64,000 nucleotides of DNA. It comes from Emiliania huxleyi CCMP1516 (Eukaryota). The DNA lies in contig NW_005201223.1 in NCBI RefSeq assembly GCF_000372725.1, positions 3,858 to 67,857 on the forward strand. Direction: 5' to 3'. The position numbers and the translations under genes were made by a program. The notes beneath the pieces are model-generated. The model was not told the origin of the DNA. It saw only the letters and a program-made list of their open reading frames with translations, and made no database searches. Positions 32,987 to 44,055 of the stretch are shown piece by piece. How positions within the stretch are numbered: position 1 is the first letter of the stretch; each line of letters begins with the position of its first letter.

Positions 32987-35900
32987 TAGTGGGGGAAATG
33001 GTCCACTAAAACATTCATTTTCCAAGCCCCAAACCCAAACTGGATCTCGAGGCGATCCGACGGTGATTTCGTTCGGCGTCACGATGACGGGTGAGGAACC
33101 GGTAGATCGCTCCTCGAGGCATGGAAGCGATGGATGTTTGCACTGCTCGGGGGCCTCAGGGCCCGGACTGCTTGGCCCTGGCGATCGAGCTGCAGCTGGA
33201 CGCGCAGGGCGCCGCCGCCGCGGAGGCGGCCGTCGGGTCGCCGGAGGCCGGGGCGGGGGCGCTTCACGGCCAGGGCTGTGAGACACGCCTCAAGCCACCA
33301 AGTGCTGCCAAGCACCTTGCACAGGTCGGGCGGGTGCACGGTGGCTTCCCCGGGGCCGCCCTGGCCCTCAAGGCGACTGTTGGCGATGCTCTTTCTGGCC
33401 GATCCGGTGCGCGCGGCCACAACGGGTGCAGTGACACGCAGTGGACCTCGGCGCGCTGACGTTCGCTCACGCGCCTGCGCAGGAGAGAAAATCCTGTCCC
33501 CCATCACCTCCAAGGGCGACACGTTCTTCGTTCGGCACCACGCCGACGCCACGGACACGGAGGTCCTGATTATCGCCCTCTTCATCGTCCTTCTCGAGCC
33601 CAGCGCCGAGGACACCGCCGAATGGGCGGCGGGTTTGGCGCCTCTCGCGGCGCAGGCTGCGGATGAGCAGGCGGGCTGGGCGACGTCGGCGGCGCCCGCC
33701 GGCTACTACGACCCGTTTCAGCGGCTCATAGACGACAAGTGGCACAAGGAGACGTGCGAGGCCGTGAAGAAGGCGGTGGAGGGCTGGGAGGGCCCCGGCG
33801 CGCGCGAGGGCGTGACAGTCGCCCACTTGCTCTCGTACCACACCGGACTTAAGAAACACCCGGACAATGGCGGGCTTGGCGGGCAGCCGCCGCGCAAGAG
33901 GCCGCCGAAGCGCTTCAACACGTGGGCGGCCACGCGCGTCGCCGACCTAATCTACAGGCGCGGCCCAGTTTTGCGCGCGGCTCTCGGCTTGCCGCCGGCC
34001 GCCGCCGCGCTGCCTTCGGCGCCGTCGATGGTCGAGGAGAACGCGGCGCTGACCGCGACCATCGGGTTGAAGGACCAGAAGATCGAGGCGCTCGAGCGCG
34101 AGCTGGCGATTTGCCGCGCGGAGCGCGCCGACTTCGCCGACAAGCTCCACAAGGCGAAGAAGCGCGCAGAGCGTAAGCGGGCTGACGCGCGCGAGTACAA
34201 GGAGGCGCAACAGCGCGGCTACTCCGAGGCCCAGAAGGCGGCGCGGGCGGCGCAGCTCGCCGCGCGCAAGCGGAACTTCGACGCGGCCGTCGAGCGCGCG
34301 TCCTACGTGCGCGTCGTGACGCTGACGAGAAAGCTAGAGCGGGCAAAGAAGAGGCTCGAGGACGCTGGCCTCGCGCACGCGGCGGCGCTCGAGGAGAAGG
34401 CGAAGCAGGTCTCGACTGCTCGCAAGCGGGCGCGCGCCGTCGAGGGCGACGCGGCGAAGCTGCCCGAGCTGAAGCTCCAGGTCAAGGAGCTCAAGGCGCG
34501 GGTCGAGGAGCTCAGGGTCGAGGAGGAGTCCGAGTCCGAGGACGAGCCGTCGCCGCGCCCGGGCTGCTCGCCGATTGTCGGCCTGCTGCCGCGGCGCGAC
34601 GAGCACGGCCGCTGGCAGGCCGAGTCCGCCGAGCTGCGCGGGCTGCGGCACGCGCAGCTCGCGCGCGGCGTGGCCTCATCCACCGTCTCCGCCAACATAC
34701 AGGACGTGCTTGACGTGCTGTGCCCGGGCCACGGCGTGCCGGCCGCTTGCGCGCGCCAAAGCAAGCTGATGCGCGGCGAGGTCACGATCGCCGGCGAGGC
34801 GATGGCCGCCTTTAAGTTCGCGGCGAGCCGGCGCGTCATATCCTTTGGCTGGGACGAGTCGACCAAGTTCGGAAACTCCGTCTTCAGCTGCAACTTCCAG
34901 CTCGAGCACTTCGACGGCACCATCGAGGACGTGTGCTTGCGCGGGCTCTCGATACTGCCGCACGGCGGCACGTCGGCAGCGCTGCTCGCGCACATCGAGG
35001 AGCGCATCCTGTCCTACTCGCGGCGCGTCCTCGCCGCGTGGATCGAGCAGCACGAGAAGGAGAAGGGCGCGGGCAGCTGGGCGGCGGCGGGCGGGCCGTC
35101 GCCGGAAAACATCGGCCTGCACCGATTGTGCGAGGGCACGGTCCTCATGACGGACACGTGCAACGGCGCGCGCTGCACGCGGCGCATGGTCGCCGCCGCT
35201 GCGATGGTCGCCGTCGAGGCAAAGGTCGGCAAGGCGGCGTGGGAGGCCATGACCGAGGAGGAGCGCGAGCGGAAGTACAAGACGTACCTCGGCGACTGCT
35301 GGCAGCACCTCCGCAACATCATCATCGAGGCCATGGCGGCCGCGGCGAACGCGTCGGTGAAGGCGACGCTCGACGACGAACTGCACGACTTCTCCTCCTT
35401 CGAGCGCATCGACCCGGACGGCAGCTGCGTGATTCGCGCCGCGTTTAAGCAATTCCACCACGGGGGCGAGTACGCGAAGGGGCGCGGGCGCGAGTTTGAG
35501 TCGTGGCGCAAGACGCGGGCGCTGATGTTCCTCCCCTTCGAGCGGGCGGCCGGGTCGCGGCAGGACCTAGCGTTCGACGGCTGCGTGCCCCTCTTCGTCA
35601 ACCGCGTCACGTGCGTCGACTTTCTGCGCGGGTACATCGACTGCCCTAAATCCCAGAACGTGCTGGACAAGTCGCTGTACACCGTCATGAAGTGCAACGA
35701 GTTCACCGCGTTCCTCCGGGTCAACACGCTGTGGCGCTTCCTCTTTTGGGACCCGCTCCGGTGGGAAGACACTGGCCGCGCCGCCGCTCTCGCCGCGCGT
35801 TATTGCCCCTTCCCCCCCCCCCCCCTCCCCCTCCCACCCGCGCCCTATCCCCCCTTACCCATTCTTGGCCCGACGACGCTCACTCCGCCGCCGACTCTCC

Positions 35901-37786
35901 GGCGCTCAGGTGGCTGTGCGGCAGCGCCAGCAAGCTCGACGATTGGTCCCTCTACAAGATGGGCTGGGTGCTGGAGCAGGTCGAGGCGGGCATGGAGCAG
36001 GTCGTGGCGGACCCGGCGCGGCTGCTCGACCCCGAGTTCGACATGTTCGCCGCCGTCGCCGAGGAGCTGCCCGCCTTCCGCGACTGGCGCGCCGAGCTGC
36101 TGGCGCGGCCGCTCAAGGGATGCGGCGACCACACCTTCGCCGACGTCCTGCGCGAGGCGCGCGTGCCGACGCCTGGCTCGGGCAACCAGCAGGCGACGCC
36201 CAAGGTGCTCGAGCTCGCCAAGCTCCAGGCGGAGGCGGCGCTCAAGAAGATGCACGACCCGAAGCTTGCGCTGGCTGACAAGCTCGAGTCCCAGGACGGC
36301 GTCAACGCGTGGAGCAAGAACGAGGACGCGCACCGGCGCACCATCGACGCGCACGTGACGAACGACGCGGTCGAGAACAAGTTCGCCATCGCCGACTACA
36401 TCATGCGGTTCTACCGCAACATGAGCGTCTTCAACGTGTCCGGCGTGGTGCAGCAGCGCGCGGCGCACGACTACGACCGCCCGCTCGACGTCGTCAGCGA
36501 CCGGCGCAAGCGTAAGGCGGAGCCGGCGGAGGCTCCGCCCGTCGGCTTCTTCTGGAGGTTGCGCGCCGATTTGCGCTCGTCGCTTGTCACGATGGCGCGG
36601 CGCAGGCTGCCGGACGCGCTCAAGGAGGGGCGAGCCGAGGTGCTGTCGCACGACCAGGAGAAGCTGCTGCGCCGCGAGGAGGCGGTGCAGCGGCAGCTCA
36701 ACGCCGCGGTCGAGAGGTACGCCGCCGCGCTCGAGCTCTTCGACCAGTGGCGCGCGCAGGGCGTGAAGACCGCCGCCGAGCTCGAGCGGGCGCTGGGCGG
36801 CAAGTCCGAGCCCGAGCAGCTGGCGGAGCTGCGCCGCCAGATCGAGATGCGGACAGTCGGCTGTGGCTGGACGCACTTCGAGACCAAGTGGGGCTTCTTC
36901 TCCGACGAGCGCTCGCACAAGATCGAGGACCTCAAGCGCATGCTGCTCGACGACATCTTGCCCTACGAGTTCCAGCTGCGGCGGCTCAAGAAGCTCCCGA
37001 CCGAGGCGCGCCGCCCGCGCTCCGCTCTGAGATGAGCGCTTCCCCGTCTCACTCGACGTGTCGCTCCCCATAGGCGGCGCCTCCTCAGCTGCGGGTCCGC
37101 TCGATCAAGACCCTGGGCACCGCCGACGCGGACGTGCTGCGCCTGGAGCAGCAGAGCATCTTCAACGTCTCGAACCTCCTCCCGAAGGCGAAGGCCGCGC
37201 GGGAGCGGCGCGAGGCGGCGGGCATCTCGGACAGCGTCGAGGTGCGGCAGGACCGCGAAGCCCCCCCCTTCGACACGCGACTCGTGGGCAAGTGGCTCGA
37301 GGTGTGCTGGCCATACAAGGAGGAGGGTAGGACGGTCAAGATCTGGGCCGCCGGCAGGGTGAAGCGCGTCGCGGACGGCCTCACCGACAAGAGGAGCCCG
37401 CGCGCACGCAAGATCCTCCCGGCCGGCATGCTGCTCTGGGCTTGGGACGCCGACCCCGAGTACGACGAGCCGGCGGGGGAGAGATGGATCGCCTTTCTTC
37501 CCGAGAAGTGGAACAGGCCCGTCTCATATGGGTGGCGGCTCGATCCCCGCGAGCTGGGCGCCACCGGCCCGCCCCGCACGCCGCTCATTGAAGAGGAGGA
37601 GGAGGAGGAGGCGCCGCGCGCGCGCCGGTGACCGAAATTTGTCTGTCTTGAGACGGGTGTGGGCCCTCGTGTGGTCGGTCCCTGGATGTAAGGGGCATAG
37701 CTATAGACTCCCCATAGTGTCCACAGTCAGTGCTGAGCTTGCCGGGCTTGTAGTGCGACTTTCAAAATTTACCATTTCCCCCACTA
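32987..37786 (+). mobile_element. Autonomous-looking TIR DNA transposon (hAT-like), 4.8 kb
   Basis: Perfect 16-bp TIRs TAGTGGGGGAAATGGT (32987-33002) and ACCATTTCCCCCACTA (37771-37786) enclose one transposase-like gene. No 8-bp TSD. Confidence 0.8.
33121..37631 (+). CDS. Divergent hAT-like DDE transposase, 4 predicted exons (33121-33406, 33483-35760, 35910-37005, 37074-37631), ~1405 aa
   Basis: ISFGWDEST (D1), LMTDTCNGA (D2), CWQH (CxxH), TNDAVENKF (E); coiled coil N-terminal to the core; splice phases join in frame. Confidence 0.75.
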
Positions 37787-38019
37787 TCTTTGCTTGTCAT
37801 GCCTTTTGCCTTCTCTCTGGCGCTCACGCTCCTAAAAATAGAAAGAAAAGAAAACGGAGAACCCAAGGGAGGGATGGGGGGACGGCACGCCGCCACCACA
37901 CAGGGATTTTAAGGAGACGCTCCCGCTGCTGCTTCATGTGTTTATTCTTTACCATAGAAAGAATTCTTTACCATGGCAGGACGCGTCGGGGTCGCCTTAG
38001 CACAGCTTGGTCGCAGCGA

Positions 38020-39426
38020 ATGGAACCACCGCGAAATGAGACGCCGGACGAGCCGCCGAACCTCTGCTGCCCCATCACGCAAGTCATCTTCCGCGATCCG
38101 GTCTTCGTGCCAGAGGCTGGCACCACGTACGAGCGAGGCGCCATCCTCACATTCTGGCGGCAGGCCGGTGAGCGGCGCGATCCACTCACGAACACTCCTA
38201 TCCGGTCAGACGTGCTCTACACGAACTGGGACAAGCGCAGGGAGGTTGCCAGCTGGCTCGGCGAGCACTTGGATTACACGCCGCAAGGCTGGCGCTCGCG
38301 AGATGACATCCCTCAAGGGAGGCGGATCATCTTTGACCCACCCCAGTCTGATCGCAACCCGCAGCAGCTGCTGGCGGCCGCGCGTCGTTTTCCCGGCCTG
38401 AGCTCGAAGACGTGTGCCATACTCGCTTGCGTCATCACGGCAATCTCATCGGGGCTGGGCGTCAACATCAGCGCTGAGCTCGTCAGTATTGCAGTTGGCA
38501 GCGCGCAGCCACCGAGCGACGATTCGTGCAACGCAAGCCCATATGGCAAAATCAGTGGGCGAGAGCCCACCGCTCACGGCATCATAGCCGCCAGGATACT
38601 GTGGATCGACGATGCGGGCCGGCAGAAGCCGTTTTTCTTCGGCGCCAAACCTTCTACTTCGACGCCTGGCTTGTCGAGCCGCCTGCAGATCTCCGTGCTG
38701 CAAACTCCCTCGGCTGAAGCTTCCGATAGCGCCCGCGGCGGTTCGCTGATCACGGAGGCGCATACCAACGCTGGCGACGGCGCTGTGTGGAGCCGCAGCG
38801 CCGGCAGGTACGTCACCGTTTCCGCCCCCGGCGTGACCTTCAGCACCATGGTCGAGCAGTACAAGACGCTGGCGGCGGCTCACGGGTTGCGACTGGACAT
38901 CCCCCACGGTAGCCTCTTCTCTGGGGACAACTTTGCGAGCCTCGTCGTCCTCGGGTTCACCACGCTGTGGACGGGCAGCGCGCTGCGTGCGGACGCCCCC
39001 CTCCTCTTCACCCTCTTCTCATGCCCGTTTTGGCACGTGGGCGCGTCACTGCTCGCCAACACCCTGCGCGCTCTCCTCCATCGCTCGACGCTCGCCCTTC
39101 ACGAAGGCGGCATCCAGGTCGAGAACGAGAGGTCCACCCTCGCGGAGTACTTCGACCTCTTTCGGACTTCGACGTGCGCCTTTGTGCCGTGGAGCGACGT
39201 GTCGGCCGGCAGCCTTGAGGAGTCGCTGCACTTGACGGTGACGCACGTCATCAACGGCGTCGAATCTGGGCTGCTCGAGGTGCGGACGGTGCGGGGCACG
39301 CTCGCGCTGACAGGCGGCGCCGATCTGACGATGAACGAGCTGCGCAAAGTCCGCGAGCTCCTGCTGCTCTGGGCGAGGGAGAAAGGGCTCGGGGTCCAAT
39401 CGGTGGAGGCTCGCCAGGAGGCCTAG
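38020..39426 (+). CDS. U-box domain membrane protein (putative E3 ligase)
   Basis: LCCPITQVIFRDPV...GTTYERGAI...RDPLTNTP...N U-box; hydrophobic segments including LFTLFSCPFWHVG. Confidence 0.8.
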   Translation: MEPPRNETPDEPPNLCCPITQVIFRDPVFVPEAGTTYERGAILTFWRQAGERRDPLTNTPIRSDVLYTNWDKRREVASWLGEHLDYTPQGWRSRDDIPQGRRIIFDPPQSDRNPQQLLAAARRFPGLSSKTCAILACVITAISSGLGVNISAELVSIAVGSAQPPSDDSCNASPYGKISGREPTAHGIIAARILWIDDAGRQKPFFFGAKPSTSTPGLSSRLQISVLQTPSAEASDSARGGSLITEAHTNAGDGAVWSRSAGRYVTVSAPGVTFSTMVEQYKTLAAAHGLRLDIPHGSLFSGDNFASLVVLGFTTLWTGSALRADAPLLFTLFSCPFWHVGASLLANTLRALLHRSTLALHEGGIQVENERSTLAEYFDLFRTSTCAFVPWSDVSAGSLEESLHLTVTHVINGVESGLLEVRTVRGTLALTGGADLTMNELRKVRELLLLWAREKGLGVQSVEARQEA

Positions 39427-39569
39427 TCTTGGTCTTTGTTGCCAGACGTAAATTCTTTTTCTTCGCTGCCATCGCGGGAAGCAAGGCGCCGTCCCTGAGC
39501 AATTGAGCGGACTGACAGGCAGTTGTGTGTGTGTCGACCTCACGCGCGTGAATGCAACACATTCCGGCC

Positions 39570-40718
39570 ATGGCATTGCTGCGGGCGCCCATCGTCATCA
39601 TCGAGCCCACTGCAGTGCACTCGCACAGCCTCATCCTACTTCACGGTGCCGCGCACATGCTTCCCGCCGAGACTCGTAGTTTGCGTGAGATGTTGCTTGT
39701 CGAGACTCGTAGATTCGTGAGATGTCGCTTGTCCGTAGGCATGCACTGCGACGGCCGGATGTTTCAGCGCTTGCCGCAGATTCTGACGGCGCTCGGTGGC
39801 AACGCGTCGGGCACGCGCTTCATCTTCCCGTCGTCGCCGGTCCGGACCATCTCCTGGCCTCAAGGACCTGAGTCCGGCGTGCGTGCGTGGTACGACTACT
39901 ACACCGCGCGCGGCGGCTCGATGCGCCACGACGAGATCAACCGCACGCACCTGAAGCAGATGACGCAGGCGAGACGCTCGCAGTGCAAAAACCGCTGCGG
40001 GAGCGCACCGTTCTCAGCTCTCCGAGCCGTGAGCAGGCCGTGCACCGGCTGCTCGACGCCGAGGTGGCGTCGCTCGGCGGCGACCCTTCTCGCGTCGCCA
40101 TCGGAGGCAACTCGCAGGGAGGCACGGTCGCCATCCACGCGGCCCTGACCTACCCGAAGCCGCTCGCCGCCCTCTTCTCCCTCTGCTCCATCCTGCTCGA
40201 CGTAACGCCCGCGCCGCCCGCCCTCGCCGATCGGCTTCCGGTCTACGTGTTCACGGCAGAGTTCGACCAGGAGTACGCGCCCCGCTTCCAGCACAAGTGC
40301 TTCAAGCGGCTCGCAGACGTTGGCTTTCGACTCTTTTCGCATGTCGAGCCAGGCGCCGCCCTCTCCACACACCTCTCCGCTGGCCCACCTCGTGTCTCAC
40401 GCCTTCCGACTCGCCTCCGACTCGCCTCCGCCGCCCTCTCTCCACCTCACCCGGCCGTCGACAGGCCTCGACCACTACACCACCTCCACCGCCGAGCTGC
40501 ACCACGCCGCCGCCTGGACCTCCCTCGCGCTGCACGGCCGCCCACTCCCGCCCGTGACGTACCGCGACGTCCCCTCCGCCGTGCCGCAGCCGCCGCTCGA
40601 CTTTTACCACCGCGGCGCGGGCGCCATCCTGTCGGAGCCGCCCGACGGAGGAGCGGCCGGCGGCTGGTGGGCCTCCTGGTGGGGAACAAGTGGGCGCGTG
40701 GGTGCGAACGCTTCTTAG
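39570..40718 (+). CDS. Phospholipase/carboxylesterase (acyl-protein thioesterase-like), spliced
   Basis: LILLHG; RFIFPSSP; RAWYD; nucleophile motif GNSQGG; GLDH. Confidence 0.88.
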
Positions 40719-41134
40719 TTGTGTAGCATGTTGGACTGTGAGAGTCTTGAGCTTGACTCTGTGTACCTTTCTCGCCTTAGCGACTGGACATCAAGGCGTG
40801 GCGCGTGGACCGTCACGTGTGAGAACGCACCCAATCGAGCAAGCATCGGAACGAGAAAAAAGTGACGGTTTTTGAGACACTCTTCTGCGGTGTTTTTTGG
40901 TGTTCACGTGAGTGTGAGAGACGTGTGTGGTGTGTGCGAGTAAATACACCCCCGTTCGTTTAAGCCGTAGCTGCGAATAGCCGTCGAGCGTCGTTTGTTG
41001 ATGTTGTGTGTCGTTGTGTCGTGCGCCGCCAGAGTACAGAGAGAAAGTGGAGCTCTGAGCTGTTGTGTTCAGCGCAAAAGGCCTCTCGTCACTCTACATT
41101 ACCCGCTCTCCACGCTGTGAAGAGAATTGTCCCG

Positions 41135-42139
41135 CTAGACAAGCGCCACGCTACGCACCGAAGAGCTCCGGTGCTTCATAGAGAAGGAGGAGGTACGCGC
41201 GTACACGTCCTTGGCCGCGACCTCCTCGTCGGGCGGCGCCGGCTTCGACGGGAAGATGATCTTGAGCGCGAGCTGCACGAGCCCAAGCGCAAGGCCTGTT
41301 CACAGCCTAGGCATATGACATATGATGTCGACCACTGAAAACGAGCCGCAAGTGCGAGGCCGGTAATATTGGGCCCGTACACGGCGGGGTCGTTGATTGA
41401 GAACACGCCATACGCGCTCCAAAGGCTGCAGTTGATCACCTGGAACGCCGTCATGCTCGCGAGGATCGAGCCGGCGTCGCGCGTGGAGATAACGGTCCTG
41501 GTGTCCAGAAGCATCAATGAGCAGGAAACGTACCGGTCAGGCTAGCGGGAGCATTGAGGAGTAGATCTCTACATGCATATGAATCTAGGGCGTCGGCGTG
41601 ATGGTCGAGAGCGGCGAAGCGAAGAGGATAATACAGAAGCCGGCGGCATAGATGCCGAGTAGCGCGCCAAAGTCCTCAGAGGACATGCCCGAAAAGACAA
41701 AGTACGTCCAGAGACAGAAGTTGATGAGGCAACCGACAAGGAGGAGACCTTGGACGCTCCGAAGGCTGGGGTGGCCCTTCATCATGGGCAGCATCACGAC
41801 GAGCGCTCCAATGGCGGCGAGGCTGCCGGGTGCATTGCTTGCAACCAAGAAAGGGTTCTGAATTATCAGGCCGTAAAAGACCCAGGCGAGGGTGGACAGG
41901 ACAACGAAGGTTGCTGCAGGAGTCAGGGAGATGAGCGTGGTTGGAGCTGCTGGGAATTGCCTATCTTATCTCCCTACTCTCCTCCCTCTCCGTCTGCAAA
42001 CACCTGGGAGCGGATTGAGCGGGCCCAGGTCACCGATCCGCTCGCGCGAGAGCACGGCAGGAAGAGGGGCTGCGTAGAGGGCGTTGGAGGTGAAGATGCC
42101 GGCAATGGGAGCACCGACGCCGAGCAAGTCGACTCCCAT
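41135..42139 (-). CDS. SWEET (MtN3/saliva) sugar transporter, spliced
   Basis: LYAAPLP...GDLGPLNPLP; AWVFYG...N..G; LFASPLSTI; NCSLWSAYG...DPAVYGPNITG. Confidence 0.9.
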
Positions 42140-42248
42140 CCTTCCTCTCGGAAGCAGCCGGAGGTCCTGGCGGCAGCCACGCAAATCCGCGCAAGCGCCG
42201 ATCTCGGTAGTATCCCGCTAAAGTATCCGCCCGTCCACCGTCGCGCCC

Positions 42249-43645
42249 ATGGACGAATCGGCAGAAGCCTCTCCATCCGTGACGCCTCCATCGCCGCCCA
42301 CCGACCTTGCGAAAGTGCGCTCCACACTCACCAACCCGAGTGCACAACCCGAGCATTCGTTCAGCGGCGGCGCAATCCCGCTTTTCGTGTCACAGGTGCG
42401 AGCCGAGATCGCCCGCCGCCTCGTCGATCCCTCGCATGACGATGGGTCCCTCGCTCCGCTGTTGATCCGGCACGCCTGGCACCAGCTGCGGTGAGTTGAG
42501 CATACAGTACGGCATCCACACTGGCCACCCTCAGGTACGCGTGGCACGCGAGCGGGACGTACGATCGGCACACACGCACCGGCGGCTCCAATGGAGGGAC
42601 GATGCGTTTCGAGACCGAGCGCGCCGACCCAGAGAATGCAGGGTTCAGTAAGGCTCACGCGCTGGTGGAGGCACGCATCTCGTGGCCAGGACGTAGCGTT
42701 GAATAGCCGTCACGAAGCCCATCGTATCGTAGGCTGTCAAGGCACTCTTTCCGGCACTCTCGATGGCAGACATTATCATTCTCGCAGGCAACGTCGCCAT
42801 CGAGCACACTGGTGGTCCGGCCGTGCCATTCTCGTACGGACGGCGCGACTTTGGTGTCGAAGAGGCGCGGGCGATACACGGCGCGACTGGGTGCCCGTTT
42901 GGCGATGGCAAGCACAACCCTAAAGGCAGCCGGCTGCCAGCGGCCGATTTGGGGCCGCGGGAGGGGTGCGCGGCGTCGGCTTCGATGGCGGAGAAAGAAA
43001 GTCCGACGATCGATGCGATGCGGGGCACGTTTGATCGGCTCGGATTTGATGATAAGGAGACAGTCGCACTCATTGTCCTCGGCCATCAGTACGGCCGCTG
43101 CCACGGCGACGCCTCTGGCTTCGAGGGCGCATGGCGCGAGTGCTAGAGATGTTCAAGACTACCCCAGCATAGGGATACCCCGCACCAGCGTGTGGACCCG
43201 TTCATCAGGTACGCCTTTGACCCGACGCATTGGAACTGCTATGAGAGGGGGCTGGGGTACCCGTCGGCGTACACGCACGGCGTCGCGCGTGGTGGTTATC
43301 GGCTGAGCCCTGGCGTTCTGGCGGCGCGCAACCAGCGCCAGTACGAGATGGACTTTGGCGGGGGCGAGCCGTTCATGATGCTGGTGAGCGACATGTGCCT
43401 GTGGTACGACGAGGTCTGCTCGAGATTTTTCCGCTGCGATTCTTTTCTATTCGTCTTGATGGCCCACCAGTCATTAACGACCCACTTCCCTCCTCCCTCT
43501 TCCGCAGGAGTACCGGCGTCATCTGCTACATTACGATAGTCACCGCAGCGAGTTCCGCCGCGATGCGGCACTCGCGTGGAAGAAGCTCACCGAGCTGGGT
43601 TGTGCTGGCACCCTGGTGCCGGAGAGGGAGACCAAGGCGGCGTGA
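42249..43645 (+). CDS. Class I heme peroxidase (cytochrome c/ascorbate peroxidase-like), spliced
   Basis: RxAWHASGTYD...TGGSNGGTMRF; ADIIILAG; GRRD; RLPAAD; proximal GHQYGRCH; MMLVSD; AWKKLTELG. Confidence 0.92.
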
Positions 43646-44055
43646 CGCGAGAGCGTGCAGGCCGTGTCCGCGCGTGCAGCTGCAGGCCGGCGTGGCGAAC
43701 TCGCGAATACCAATACGGACTAACGTACGACCTATAGTACTTATAGTACGCGCCGCTGCGGTCGCGCGCTCGCGGCCCAGCCGCTCCCGTGCTTCTCCGC
43801 TTGTGCCTTCTCGGTTCTCTCGCCCCTCTAAGCGCTCCGCCCGCGCGCCGCGGGTCCGGGTTCCCGGCGTTTTGACATTTGAGAATTTCCACCGTTGATG
43901 TGCTCGTGTGGGAGTGGGCCTTTTGCCTCTCCGGGCACGCTACTTGTACTGTTGCGTGTGTGCAGAAGAAGGCGTACTTTTAGAACGTCCTGTTAAATCT
44001 CTCCACTCCTTCCTTCTGACTGTCTCGCGGTCGCCAAAACGCCAAAGTTAATCTG

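Noticed and set aside
33121..37631. Fanzor/TnpB or another RNA-guided nuclease
   Set aside because: No split RuvC motifs or zinc-ribbon pattern recognised here or in other ORFs of the window.
32987..37786. CACTA/EnSpm assignment from the TAGTG and CACTA words
   Set aside because: They are in the opposite orientation to CACTA termini, and the protein motifs are hAT-like.
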